A stretch of DNA of 64,000 nt, taken from the human T2T-CHM13v2.0 reference genome, Homo sapiens. The position numbers were made by a program, and so were the translations under genes. The stretch lies in the NCBI RefSeq assembly GCF_009914755.1, contig NC_060929.1; one strand, written 5' to 3'. Shown here piece after piece: positions 15,960 to 29,014 of the stretch. Numbering within the stretch: the stretch's first letter is position 1; each line of letters starts with the position of its first letter. The notes under the pieces are model-generated. The model searched no databases, was not told where the DNA came from, and worked only from the letters and a program-made list of their open reading frames with translations.

Positions 15960-16300
15960 AGTTTCTTTCCTAGCTTTTATTGCAGCTAGGGTTAGCCAGG
16001 GGAAATGAAGTTACATTTCTGGATAGTGGGGTAAAAGTAGAAATCTGTTGGGCGATTCTCGGTAAACTCTCCCTTCCAAAAAAAAAAAAAAATTTGTGAC
16101 TGCCCTCTTCCATCTTTCTTCTTAAATTAAATGAAGATGTGATGCCAGGAGCTACAGCTGCCATCTTGTAACCATGAGGAAATTAGCATGAGAGTAAGAT
16201 CAAGATACTCACTGTGATGCTAATCTTGATAGCCAACTATCAGTGGCCATTTATCTCTTAATGTCTTTTTTTGTGAGAAAAATAAACTACATTTAGAATG
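15960..16300 (+). mobile_element. Old MLT1 (MaLR) LTR fragment
   Basis: gatgtgatgccaggagctacagctgccatcttgtaaccatgagg is a typical MLT1 motif. Confidence 0.55.
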
Positions 16301-16321
16301 CCAAGGTCAAGTGTTCTTTTA

Positions 16322-16385
16322 TCAGGTGGAACCATATGAAGTTGTCAAGAATTTTTGACTTATAAAACCAACTTCATATAGTTTT
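16322..16385. mobile_element. MADE2 mariner-derived MITE (rearranged)
   Basis: tcaggtggaaccatatgaagttg...caacttcatatagttt inverted repeat matching recalled MADE2; second partial copy 16491-16549. Confidence 0.7.
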
Positions 16386-17219
16386 GTAAAGTTAAAAATG
16401 CTTATTGACAAGTATCAATGCCCATTTATCTCTTAATTTCTTTTTGTGAGAAAAATTAACTATGTTAATTTTCAAGCATTCCTTTATTAGTTGTCAATAA
16501 TTAATATTTTTAACTTACAAAAATAGTAGTTTTATACTGTTAAACTTAATGTTTGTAGCTAGAACATTCCTAATCAGTTGTTTGTCTCATATTATAAAGG
16601 GATTAATAGATATAAAGCATTTCTCATATTGCCTGGCACCTGCTCAATAAATGTTAAGTATCATATTTCCTCCATATTAGGGTACTTAAATATATCTGAA
16701 AGTAGAATAAATCTTGCAATGTAAATAATTAATGTGCTATTGCTTCTTTCCTTTTTCTCCTGAGGATGCCGTTAGTTTTTCTTATATTAGAAAATAGTTA
16801 AAAATTGATTTGATATGGTACCATGATTAAGTTATAGAATTAGCAAGCACTCAATCCACATTAATTAATCACTTTAGTAAATTAAGCTTATAATAAGTGT
16901 CTTCCTCAAAAAAAAAAGTGGTTTTTTTGTTGTTGTTGTTGTTTTTTAGTATTTGGAACAAAAACAGCATTATTTTAGTAAAGGGCTATTTTATGAAGAT
17001 TTCTACCATTATTTTGGACCAAGTAATAAATGTATAAGAAATAAAGAACCTCAAAATTTTTTTGCAAGATCCTCAAAGGGTGTTTGAATTTAAGTCATTC
17101 ATGCAGAAACCAGCTAATGCCAACTTGGCAATTAAAGAAAGAGCTCTCTTAATGTGTCTGGTGTTCAACAATCTCTTTTCAAGTTACTTTTTAAAATATA
17201 TCTGGGGCTTCCTCTAAAA

Positions 17220-17726
17220 CAACAGTCCCCAACATTTTTGGCAACAGGGACGGGTTTTGTGGAAGACAATTTTTCCATGGACTTGGGAGGGGGTGGCTTC
17301 AGCATGATTCAAGTGTATTACATGTATTGTGTACTTTATTTCTGTTAATACATTGTAATGTATAATTAAATAATTATTCAACTCACTATAATGTAGAATC
17401 AGTGGGAGCCCTGAGCTTGTTTTCCTGCAACTAGGCAGTTCCATCTGGGGGTAATGGGAGACAATGACAGATCATCAGGCATTAGATTCTTATAAGGCAT
17501 TCGAAACCTAGATCCTCACATGCACGGTTCACAATAGGGTTCCTACTCCTGTGAGAATCTAATGCCGCTGATCTGAGAGGAGGTGGAGCTCAGGTGATAA
17601 TGGGAGCAATGGGGAGTGGCTGTAAATACAAATGAAGCTTCACTCACTCACCTCCTGTTGTGTGGCCTGATTCCTAACAGGCCATGGACTGTCATCAGTC
17701 CATGGTCTGGGGGTTGGAGACCCCTG
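17220..17726. mobile_element. MER1A hAT-Charlie MITE
   Basis: Termini caacagtccccaac and gttggagacccctg; perfect 8-bp TSD ctctaaaa at 17212-17219 and 17727-17734. Confidence 0.93.
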
Positions 17727-17904
17727 CTCTAAAAGTCTCCTTTGCACCAATGAGATTTGGGGTACCTACTGTCCTCACACCTTGTCATCCATCAACCACA
17801 CTTCTTTTCATTGAAAAATGGCTTGTTTACTCAGAATTCATGTTGTATAACCAATTTTACAGAACTGCACCATCTAGAATTGAGTGCCTAATATCGTCCA
17901 GAAA

Positions 17905-18412
17905 TGGTTCTAAGTCTGTGGTTTGTAACCCATTAGTGGATCATGGCCAACACTTTTTAGTAAGACATAGAATAAAACAGAATAGAAAATATCACAGTAT
18001 ATCTTAGGTAGTAAGAGTATTATTTCATGAAACTTTTTAAACATAAATAACATTTTAATGAAAATAACTATACTTTTCAAAACAAAAAAATGAGAAGAGT
18101 GTTATTGCTTTATATTTTAGTGAATCTTTTGAATGTCTGTCTTAAGAGAAGACAGCCAGATTCTCATGTCAACTTCTGCATTTGGTCTGCAGCAATTTAT
18201 TGCTCTGATCGAAGTACATGAAGAAAACCCAGCTTCATTCAGACATATAGGTGGAATAGGGAGAAATGTCTTAACAACCTTTTTAGAGAGTTGTAGATAT
18301 TCTTTGACACTACACCCAAGCTAGATAAGATGTTTCTTAAAGGTTCATCCTAATGGGGAATCTAAAACATTTCAACAAACTTATTGTATTCTGTTACATT
18401 AAATTCCATTGC
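17905..18412. mobile_element. Charlie-family (Charlie1-like) hAT fragment
   Basis: gaagaaaacccagcttcattcagacatataggtggaatagggag...ctttgacactacaccc...tttcttaaaggtt resembles recalled Charlie1 internal sequence. Confidence 0.6.
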
Positions 18413-18423
18413 ACTTAAAAAAT

Positions 18424-18548
18424 CTTTTATATTTCAATAGCTTTTGGGGTACAAGTGGTTTTTGGTTACATGGATGAATTGTATAGGGATGAAGTCTGAT
18501 ATTTTAATGCACCTGTCACCCAAGTAGTATACATTCTACCCAATATGT
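18424..18548 (-). mobile_element. L1PB-like extreme 3' end
   Basis: atttcaatagcttttggggtacaagtggtttttggttacatggatgaattgtatag. Confidence 0.8.
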
Positions 18549-18619
18549 TTGTTGCCTGAAGCTTTAAAACATTTTATGTAATTCTTGATTGTAGGTTCAG
18601 GATATTGTTATGGAATGTA

Positions 18620-19630
18620 ATCGAACACTTAAATGGCACTGTCCTAGGAGCTGGGGTTTCAGCACTAATGAAAGACTGCCTTTTCCACAGTGGTTTTATC
18701 CTGAAGGGGGAGGCAGACAGCAACCAACCAACCAAACAAACACACATACCTCAGGGAGGGATACAAATAGTGAAGAAGAATTGTAGGATAAGGTATAGAT
18801 GGGTGGGAGTCAGGGTTGCTGTTTTAGATGGTGGTCAAAGAAGCACTCTGGGATAAGGTGACATCTGAGCAGATTCCTCAAAGAAGTGAGAGAATGCATT
18901 GTCCAGATGTGTTCCTGGCAAAGAAACAGCAAGTGCAAAGATCCTGAGGCAGAAGTCAACTGAGATTAACTGGATTTCTGTTTCTGTTCTGAAAACAGAA
19001 CAGGAAGGAGGCCAGGATAACTGAAGTGGAGGGACTGATTGAGGGGACAAGGTTGGGAGATAAAGTCATAAGGGTAACAAGATTTTTGACCTTATGTATC
19101 ATGTGAGGCTCTGAAAGATTACGAACCTACCACAGGCAGCTGCCACAGGCTGAATTATTATTCTTCAATGAGAGATTGTCTTTACCTCTGTTGAAGGTGC
19201 TGCTGATTCTCAGTTACCCAGGTAAATACAGGGGAACAGACACTAAAAGCACAAGATAATCAGAGAGTCGTTAATAGCATATAAAGATTTGTCTCCAAGG
19301 AATGTTCATGGCAGCATTTTCATAGGGAAAAACTTACTTCTTTTTTCTCAAGGGATTTCAGAACAAAATAGAACAAAGCATTCTTGATGAAAGTCTACTA
19401 GCCTTGTTTTTTTTTTAAAAAAAAAAAAGAAAAGAAAGAAAAAAGCTGCCAAATACTCCTTACTGCAAATGAACACCAGAGATATAAGAAAGATAAAAGC
19501 TGACACTGCTGTAAATCACATATTTAGGGGAGGAACATCCTGGCTAAAGGGCCTGGTAGTATAGACTTTGTGTTCCACACAAGGGTTTTGGCTTTACTGG
19601 GCAAGACGGGGAGCCTTCAGGAGACTACCC
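18620..19630 (-). mobile_element. L2 LINE, interrupted at 19081-19545 by a duplicated segment
   Basis: aaggtgacatctgagcaga, gaaacagcaagtgcaaagatcctgaggcag; L2-like sequence resumes after the insert (agggcc...aagggttttggcttta...ggggagcc). Confidence 0.8.
19081..19545 (+). repeat. Direct duplication, copy 1 (derived, 465 bp)
   Basis: Matches 22181-22650 with 8 substitutions plus T/A-run length differences (read by eye). Confidence 0.98.
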
Positions 19631-21310
19631 GATGTAACTGAAGATAACAGTCAATAGAGTCCTCTCTGAGTCACTGTAGACCTTAACATTCTTCCTTTGA
19701 TCCTTATTGCATCCTCTTTGTTGTATAAGTCTCTCTACAGCTAGGCCATCAATAACTTCAAGGCAATTCTGGTATGCGTGTGAGAATGTGGCTATAGAGA
19801 TTATAGAGATGCAGAAGTAGAGGTCTATTTATCTCTACTATTGTACCTAACACAGTATCAAGCACATGGTCAACTCAATAAATAGTTCATTGATTGTTGC
19901 ATAAATCTGTTAAAAAGATAACCACAAAATGGTTGCTGTCACTGCATAGTTCTTAGTTCAGGAACATACATTGTTCTTTCTGAGTAGTACCAAGAATTTC
20001 AAGGGCTTTTGAATATAATGGTAATATTAGCTAACATTTACTGAATGGTTGCTATATGCAGGGACTTTGCACATATTACATACATTGTGAACAGACTTTG
20101 TATCCTGACTCTCTTCCCCCATGCTTGCTTGGAGCCCTGTCATGTCTCAGAACATCATTGTTTTCCTTACATTACACTCAGTCACACTCATCATGCACTA
20201 TTTCAAGAGGATTAGTAATTAATGGGGTATTTACTAAAGAACAGAGGATAGTACTGCTCTATTCCAAACAACAAAATTTAAAGTCATCCCATCATTAAAC
20301 ATTTCAGTCCTCTCTTAAAATTTTTTTCTATGTGACTGCTCTGTTGCTGGGTCTCTCCTCTCGTGTTCTCCCTATAACCTCTAAAACATCCACTGTGCTT
20401 GCCCAAGCAATCCGGGTCTTCCACCACAGATCAAATACTCTGTTCACCAAAGCAGAAATCCAATAGTTAATCTATGTGATTTTCTTTGTAAATCACAGTT
20501 GATTGGGGCCCACATACAGCATCCCTGCAAGGTTGGCCTTATTATCCACCAAAGGTTCAGAAAACTTAGGTAACACGTCAGGGTTGCTGCTAGGTAGTAG
20601 CACAGCTAGGATCCGAATGCCCATTGTTTTCATTCTTACACCTGTGATCCTTGCATTGGACATGCTTCTCTAGGGGCATTCCTGTCACAGCATGGACAAG
20701 GACATAGTTTCATTTACTGGGCTTGCAATGCAGCTTCAGGGGAGAGGTGGCTCACTCAGCACTGTTCATTCTGGAAACCATGGTTTCCTGTTTCAGGATC
20801 TGATGACTCGCTATCAGACCTTGGACATGTTATTTTTCTCTGAAGTTTCCATTTATAACAAGTGGACTTTGCATAAACATATGAGGTTGCTACATGGTTA
20901 AAAAGTAGGCTGTGTAAAACAACAAAATTACAAGATGTGATTTAAGGCACTCAGGGGGTTGTGACTGAACATGGAGTCCCTGTATTGCAAAGCAGTTTCT
21001 CCTCTTGCTTTTCTTCCTAACTCCACAGCTCTGCTCCTCACTCTGTAGATTTTCTTACAAGACTACTGGGATGCTTACACAGTCAACACTGAGGCATGTG
21101 AAGCACGTGCATTGTTCAAGTGTGAAGCCACCAGTGGGCACAGCTGTTATTATATATGAATAGTCAATGACAGCATATTCATATTCAAATATATAATCTG
21201 GCCCAAATTGAAATCATAGTAGAATAACCAACCAAGGATACCTAAGTCAGAATCCTCTCTGTTCCACCAATGATTGCAAAGTTTGGAAATGAAAGAAGCC
21301 TCAGGGAGAA

Positions 21311-21342
21311 ACACACACACACACACACACAACCACACACAC
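21311..21342. repeat. (CA)n microsatellite, interrupted
   Basis: Direct reading. Confidence 0.95.
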
Positions 21343-22180
21343 AACAGAACACATTTCATCTAGCTTCAGTGGATCTCTCTGAAATAGAAGCAAAAACTAA
21401 GTGAGTAAAAACCTTGCTTCAGTGGAGTATTTATTGCATACTGAACTACTCTGTCAAGTACTCAGCTTATCATTAAACATTAATTTCCCTAGAAACTGGA
21501 GCTTTCACTTCTTGTAGCTGTAGCAATTAAGGACAGCTTTGGCTGGGCAGCTCTGACTTCCCAGCATGACTAAGAGCTCTGTGGCCTTGCCTCAACTATG
21601 ACACAGAGACCTTTGCTCATTTATAAGCCTTGTCATTTTTCTGGGAAATACAAGATAAATCCTGCCCAAATGCAATAACCCAGGTCAGACCTGTAAACCT
21701 AATTCTAGTAATAAACAAACTAATTGTCAAGAGGAAGCTATAGTTATTGATTAAGCCTACCCTTTTGCCCTCAAACAAAGCATCTTATTATCTCCAGGAG
21801 TGTGCTTTTTGTTTTTCATCTCTCTGTAATGTACTATCGTCATAATTGTATAAAATATAATTTTGTACTATAATCAAAAGTGTGGAGCCCAGCAGAGTCT
21901 GCAACTCCCATGTCTGTAGTGTTTATACTCAAAAAGGCCACATCATGGCTTAGCAACATGGTTTCATTCACGCAGCTGTCTCTGTCTCAGGAAGGGACAA
22001 GGTGTCACACCTGATGGGTGCAGGGACAGAGAGGTGACTTCACTAAAGTCACAAACTGAGCCAAGGGCTGCACCGAGAATAAGCATCTAGTTCCAAGCCC
22101 AGGCTATGTTCTTTATGCACTTTGTACCTGGTTCTCTATTGTCATCACAAATTCATATTTTGTAATAAAAACACACCAAG

Positions 22181-22650
22181 GATTTTTGACCTTATGTATC
22201 ATGTGAGGCTCTGAAAGATTACGAATCCACCACAGGCACCTGCCACAGGCTGAATTATTATTCTTCAATGATAGGCTGTCTTTACCTCTGTTGAAGGTGC
22301 TGCTGATTCTCAGTTACCCAGGTAAATACAGGGGAACAGACACTAAAAGCACAAGATAATCAGAGAGTCGTTAATAGCATATAAAGATTTGTCTCCAAGG
22401 AATGTTCATGGCAGCATTTTCATAGGGAAAAACTTACTTCTTTTTTCTCAAGGGATTTCAGAACAAAATAGAACAAAGCATTCTTGATGAAAGTCTACTA
22501 GCCTTGTTTTTTTTTTTTTTAAAAAAAAAGAAAGAAAAGAAAGAAAAAAGCTGCCAAATATTCCTTACTGCAAATGAACACCAGAGATATAAGAAAGATA
22601 AAAGCTGACACTGCTGCAAATCACATATTTAGGGGAGGAACATCCTGGCT
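22181..22650 (+). repeat. Direct duplication, copy 2 (probable donor, 470 bp)
   Basis: gatttttgaccttatg...gaacatcctggct, same orientation as copy 1, offset 3100 bp. Confidence 0.98.
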
Positions 22651-22917
22651 TGGAGGCAAGGCCATGCTGACCTCTGAGACGTATCTAGGGGCCCAGCATG
22701 TGGCAGGAGCAAAGTTCAACCTGGCATGTCTGAGAGGCCACATCACAGGCGCCACAGGCCAGGCAGGGGAGCGGATGATGACATTCACATTGAACTCACA
22801 CAGGAACCTAGCAAGAATATCCAGTTTTGAGAAAACATGAGACTCTGATTTATCAAGTAGAAAACAAACACCAGACTGTACAGATCAAAGCAGAGCATTT
22901 AGAAACCTCACTGATGG

Positions 22918-23651
22918 AGAAATGCAAATCAAAACCACAATGAGATACCATCTCACACCAGTTAGAATGGCGATCATTAAAGTCAGGAAACAACAGGTGC
23001 TGGAGAGGATGTGGAGACATAGGAAGGCTTTTACACTGTTGGTGGGACTGTAAACTAGTTCAACCATTGTGGAAGACAGTGTGGCGATTCCTCAAGGATC
23101 TAGAACTAGAAATATCATTTGACCCAGCCATCCCATTACTGGGAATATACCCAAAGGATTATAAATCATGCTGCTATAAAGACACATGCACATGTATGTT
23201 TATTGTGGCACTATTCACAATAGCAAAGACTTGGAACCAACCCAAATGTCCATCAATGATAGACTGGATTAAGAAAATGTGGCACATATACACTATGGAA
23301 TACTATGCAGCCATAAAAAAGGATGAGTTCATGTCCTTTGTAGGGACATGGAGGAAGCTGGAAACCATCGTTCTCAGCAAACTATCACAAGGACAGAAAA
23401 CAAAACACCACATGTTCTCACTCATAGGTGGGAACTGAGCAATGAGAACACTTGGACACAGGGTGGGGAACATCACACACTGGGACCTGTCACGTGGTGG
23501 GGTGAGGTGGGAGGGATAGCATTAGGAGAAATACTTAATGTAAATGATGAATTAATTGGTGCAGCACACCAACATGGCACATATATACATATGTAGCAAA
23601 CCTGCACGTTGTGCACATGTACCCTAGAACTTAAAGTACAATAAAAAAAAA
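22918..23651 (+). mobile_element. L1PA5/6-like 5'-truncated LINE-1
   Basis: ORF2 C-terminus (ORF 23067-23438 ending HMFSLIGGN), 3'UTR and poly-A; 17-bp TSD agaaacctcactgatgg / aggaaccccacttatgg (3 mismatches). Confidence 0.95.
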
Positions 23652-23899
23652 AGGAACCCCACTTATGGGAGAGAGGTACATAAGCAAAGAGCCCTGAATT
23701 TAAAACTAAGCCTTCACAGGCACTAGTGGTGTGACATTGAGCAGGTCACTTCTCTGAGCCTGGGTTTGTCCTTAGGGCTGCCCTGAGGAAGAAATGAGTT
23801 AGCGTGCAGGAAGAGTCATGTAGACTTTGGCATAGAATAAGCCCATAATATATGTTCATGAATATTGTTGATCTTCTTACCATCTATTGCAAAAGGTGT

Positions 23900-24552
23900 T
23901 TCCCCAATCCCTTAAGCATGGGCTATACTTAGTGAGTGACTTCTTCCAAAGAATACAGTGTGGAGAAGCAGAAAAAAGAGTAACTTTACAATTAGGAAGC
24001 CTAACATCACTTCAACTAGGTGATCCAGGTCCACAGCAGGGATAAGTCATGCCAACAGTTCACACCCTCACGTGATGTGATGCGAAGGGCACTTTACCTC
24101 AGTGGTTGTCCTCCCCCAAATCCCTAACTCCAGTCTAACTATGAGCAAAGCATCAGGCAAATCCTAGGAAGAAGGCATTCTACAAAATACCTGGCCAGTA
24201 TTTCTCAAAAGTGTCAAGGTCATTGAAAACAAGGAAAGCCTGAGAAAGCAAGTCACAGCCCAGAGGAACATAAGGACATGTATTGACTCGGTGTAATGCA
24301 GTATCCTGAATGAGATCCCAGAACAGAAACAGGACATTAAAGAAAAACTAACAAAATCCAAATGAATTATGAAGTTTAGTTAATGATAACGTATCAATAT
24401 TGGTTCATTAGTTGTGATAGAGCTACATGCTGAAGTAAAATGTTAATAGTAGGGGAAACTGAGCGCAAGGTATACGGGAATTTCTGTACTGTTGTTGCAA
24501 CTTTTCTGTCAATCAATCTAACACTATTCTAAAATAAAAATTTATTTAAATA
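23900..24552 (+). mobile_element. L1MD/L1MC-type 3'UTR
   Basis: ggcattctacaaaatacctggccagta...tgtcaaggtcattgaaaacaagg...attctaaaataaaaa. Confidence 0.8.
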
Positions 24553-25284
24553 AACAAGAGGCTGAACTCCCACTTGCCAGGAATGCTTCAAGTGGTCTTC
24601 ACACATTAGAAGGGGAAGATATTAGACTTGACACCTTCTCTGAGATCCAACTCTAAACTTGTATGAGGTCACTTTTCACCTTGAAGAGCCCCCAGGCACA
24701 TCTCTTTGGCTTAGGTCTATTTTCTCAATGTGGTTGCCATCCCACTCCTCATGCTATGAGGTCTTAGCTTCTAAAGTCTGTGTGCTAATAGCAGCTTCCC
24801 CCCACCTGGTTGCTGACTTAAAAACAAGATGTCTTCACAATTCACACCTTTTTGTTTTAAAAGTCTTTCAGGGAAGCAGAAAGCAGATGAGCACAACTAT
24901 CAACGGGGAGTTTTACAAGGCTTAAGCTAAATCTCAGTTCTCTTTCTGAGATGGTAACTTTTAAAAGTGACTAATGTTTCGTGAGCATATATTCAATGCC
25001 AAACACCAGTCTACGCACTTTACAAAGTAATCTTATTTAATCATCACAAAAGGCTACAAACAAGTTACCATTAGCATCTCCATTTTACAGATGAGTACAT
25101 TGGGTCACAAATTATTTAAGTGACTCATGCAAGTTCATACAATAATAATGGCTAACTGGAATCCGAGCTGTTCTGTATGCAGAACCCATTATGAATGAAA
25201 TTTGGCAAATGTCTCCCTCTACACAGCAAGTTGGTCATAAAATTCATTCAGAACAGAATGATGAGTCTTCAATCACTTGTCCCA

Positions 25285-25645
25285 TGATATGGTTTGGATT
25301 TGTGACCCTACTCAAGTCTCATGTCAAATTGTAATCCCCAAAGTTGGAAGAGGGGCCTGGTGGGAGGTGATTGGATCTTGGGGGTGAATTCCTCCCTTGC
25401 TGTTATCATAATAGTGAGTTCTCACGAGGTCTGGTTGTTTGAAAGTGTATAGCACCTCCCCCTTCACTCTCTTCCTCCTGTTCTAGCCATGCAATGTGTG
25501 CCTGCATGATTGCAAGTTTCCTGAAGCCTCCTCAACCACGCTTCCTAGAGAGCCTGTGGAACCAGGAGCCAATTAAACCTCTGTTCTTTATAAATCACCC
25601 AGTCTCAGGTAGTTCTTTATAGCAGGGCAAGAACAGACTAGTGTA
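25285..25645 (+). mobile_element. THE1D/MSTA solo LTR (MaLR)
   Basis: tgatatggtttggat...ccaattaaacctct...cccagtctcaggtagttctttatagca. Confidence 0.9.
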
Positions 25646-26232
25646 TTCCCTTACCTCCAAAGTGTGATTCTTAATCTCAGGCTTTCCAGACAAGTCGGGA
25701 AGTAGTGGCTTCAAAATGTAAAAACACATCTTCACTAATTGACTTTTTAAAATTAATTAATTTACAACAGACATTTCCGGCTCTGCCCCATTTCTGAATC
25801 TCAGTCATCGATTGCCCTATTTCTATCTCTCACATTAAGCCCATGCCTGGGTTCAGGACTGAAACAGGAATGGGGATGGGCTGCCAAGAGTCTGTTACCT
25901 GCACTACCTCCTCATTCAAAACAGCTGAACATTAAATGCATTGATTTTCAGTTCTGGCAAACTATCCCTAGTTTTATAACAGTCTTTTTGAAATGTTATA
26001 AATCCCTCCAGATTGGTTAATGCCCATTCAAACAATCTTTTTCCACAGGGAAAATGTTCAGCTAAGGCTTGCTCCAAAATAAAAACAATAATTAGGCTCA
26101 TAATTATTATTACTTATTAAGCATTTCCTAAGGAATTGGACTGGATGGGTACTTTACAAGACATGTCAATGTATACTAACAGTGATAATTAAATAAGACA
26201 TTATTATATCCATTTTAGAACTGAAGAAACAA

Positions 26233-26540
<308 letters not shown>

Positions 26541-28443
26541 GAAGAAACAGGCTTAGAAAGGTTACACAACCTTGTTCAAAGTCACACAGATAATACATGG
26601 AGGAGTGATAATTTGGGCACAGAATCACCTGATCTGAAGCTTGAGAATGTCCCACTAGCCTACAACACTCCTCCCATTTCTGATCCTTTCCTGGCAAGCC
26701 ATGGGCTCATTGTTGTGCTGTCTTCCTAGCCTCACACAGGGCCTCTTTTTTCCTCTTTGCAATGGCCTCATCTTGTATGGCACTTTCTCAATTCCAGGGT
26801 GTCTTCTTTCTCATCTGATAACAATCACCATGTTAAGTGAAGGTGACCAAAAGTCTGCACTGGGTAACACCTGTGCATCTCACCTGGGGCCCTCTGGAGA
26901 AAACCACCTCCTATTTGTTGATAGCTAAGCACTTTGCAGCAAGCTACTTAACCTCTGAAAACCTCAGTTTTTTTCCCCTTCAAATGAACATAATGCTGGC
27001 TGTCCTACCTAATTAACATCTATCCAATGCACACTGATCATTCTTGCAGGAGTTTCTCATTCGTAACTGCGTCATTAAATAAAAGCTTGCTGAAGAGGAT
27101 GGGAAGAGTTACAGGCTATGAGCATTAACTGTGCAGATTCCATGTGACAAGCAACAGGCTATGCACATTCATGCCATTATTTAACACAACAATCTTATGG
27201 TGCAATTTGTTACTGCTCCCATTTCACAGTTGAGATCATTGTGGCTCAAAGATGGTAAAAGACATAAAATATATTACTAGAAAGGAGCAGATATTTAAGT
27301 GTATATAAAATATGTTAAAGTATTTTAACAATGGTGAAGAATGAGACCAAGAAATTTTAACTGGATATATGATAAGCAGCATTCGCCACTCAGCTTGCCA
27401 CTTCGCCTTCTCTGGTCCTCTTTTTCATAAAGTTGATAACCTTCTCTTCATACTTGCCTTGATTTAAACCAAGTTTTCCTGTTAACTTTTCTTCCTAATG
27501 AGCACTTTGCCACCCTTACTACTTGCCTTTCTCTTCCACTGTGCAAAAACTCCCAGACTTTGTTGTTTGTATTGAAAAGCCACACCCTTTTGATCTTTAG
27601 AACAAATCCATAGTCCATCTTGGGAAATAGATTTCACCTCCCTTCATGTTTCTGCATCTGTAATCAGCTTCTGAAGTCAGAATGCAGAAAGGCTGGAACA
27701 AAATCGTCTGTACTTTTCACAAATGCTGATAAGTCAGCCAAGAAAACCTGAATAGTACAAATGCCCTGCTGCAGAGGTTTTGTTTGGTAGCAAGTCAGAC
27801 ACAGCAAGGAGACCAAAAGAAAGCATTAATAATTTTGCCTTCCTCCTGATGTGCTGAACAACAAGCAGCCCCATGTGCTATGATTTCTTGGGAATGCAGT
27901 GCACATGGCGGCCTCAACACAGTGAGTGGCCTGATACAATTCAAAGAATGAAAGTCTTGGAGCCTAAAGACCTGATTGGTTCTGCTCTTACTAGGTACAC
28001 AACCTTGGGCAGGTTGTTTAACTTCTGAGTCATCAGACATAAACTGGAGCTAATATTCTCTTTAGTGATACATAGTCCAGCTTGTATATAAGCCATCCAT
28101 CTAAAAGTCATCCTTGCTTCTTCTCTCTTCCTTATCCCAACACCACCCAACCTGTCTGAATTGTGTTGATTCCATGATTTAAATATTTCTCAAATTGCAT
28201 ATCCAATCCCACCAGCTATATTAGTTGGCATCATAATGTCCTAAACTAACACTATATACTCCTAGTCCATTTCCCTGTTCCTAACACCAAAATATCCCTT
28301 CTCAGTGCATTCAGGTGTCTTGCTAAAGTGTACATCTCATCATCCTGCTCCTGATTAAAATATAGTTCTCATTCTTTACAGAATAAAGTAAAACTTTACC
28401 ATCACAGGGCACAAAGCCCTCCATGACCTGATCTTACCTGTCT

Positions 28444-28990
28444 GTATTAGGAATCTTTCAGATGCAAGTGACACCTCTGAAATAGCTTAATCAAAATGAG
28501 TACGTATTAACTTACGAAACTAAAACAGCCTGCCGAAGTTCCAGGCAAAACTGGGTCCAAAGCTTAGTCTCATCAGGAAGCTGTCTCTCACCCTCCTTTG
28601 CTTGGCTTTCCTCCAGAGTAACTTTATTCCTTATTAGGTTCTTCCTGCTTCATAATAAATTGGCCCCCAGCAGTTTCAGGCCTACCTAGCATCTATTTAG
28701 CAATCCCTCTTTACTCCAGCCTGCCCCGAGAGTGACTTTTTCTCACTAATTTTAACAAAAGTCACAAGGCAGAATCTCAGTGGTCTGTCCTGGATTATTT
28801 GCTCAACTCTTTACAAACACCGTACCGTAGTGGGGATATGATGGTTAGGCAGGCACATCCAGGAGGCACCTGAACTACATGACTTAAGATCAGGGTTACC
28901 CCCGACCCACCCACACACATAAATCAGACTGCTATCACCAAAATAAGAGAAAATGAATGGTAGCCTAGGAAAATGACACCTACCCAAAGG
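28444..28990 (-). mobile_element. Old MLT1 (J/K-like) LTR nested in L2
   Basis: Starts tgtattaggaatctttcagatgcaagtgaca; degenerate. Confidence 0.55.
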
Positions 28991-29014
28991 AACTTCTCCC
29001 CTACTCGAGGTTCC

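Noticed and set aside
19081-19545. The duplication as an assembly artefact
   Set aside because: Copies differ at 8 substitutions and copy 1 cleanly splits an L2; long reads would still be the decisive test
19081-22650. The 465-bp direct repeats as LTRs of a novel retroelement
   Set aside because: No TG...CA termini, PBS, PPT or outer TSD; the interior starts with the continuation of the flanking L2 and contains MIR/L2 remnants
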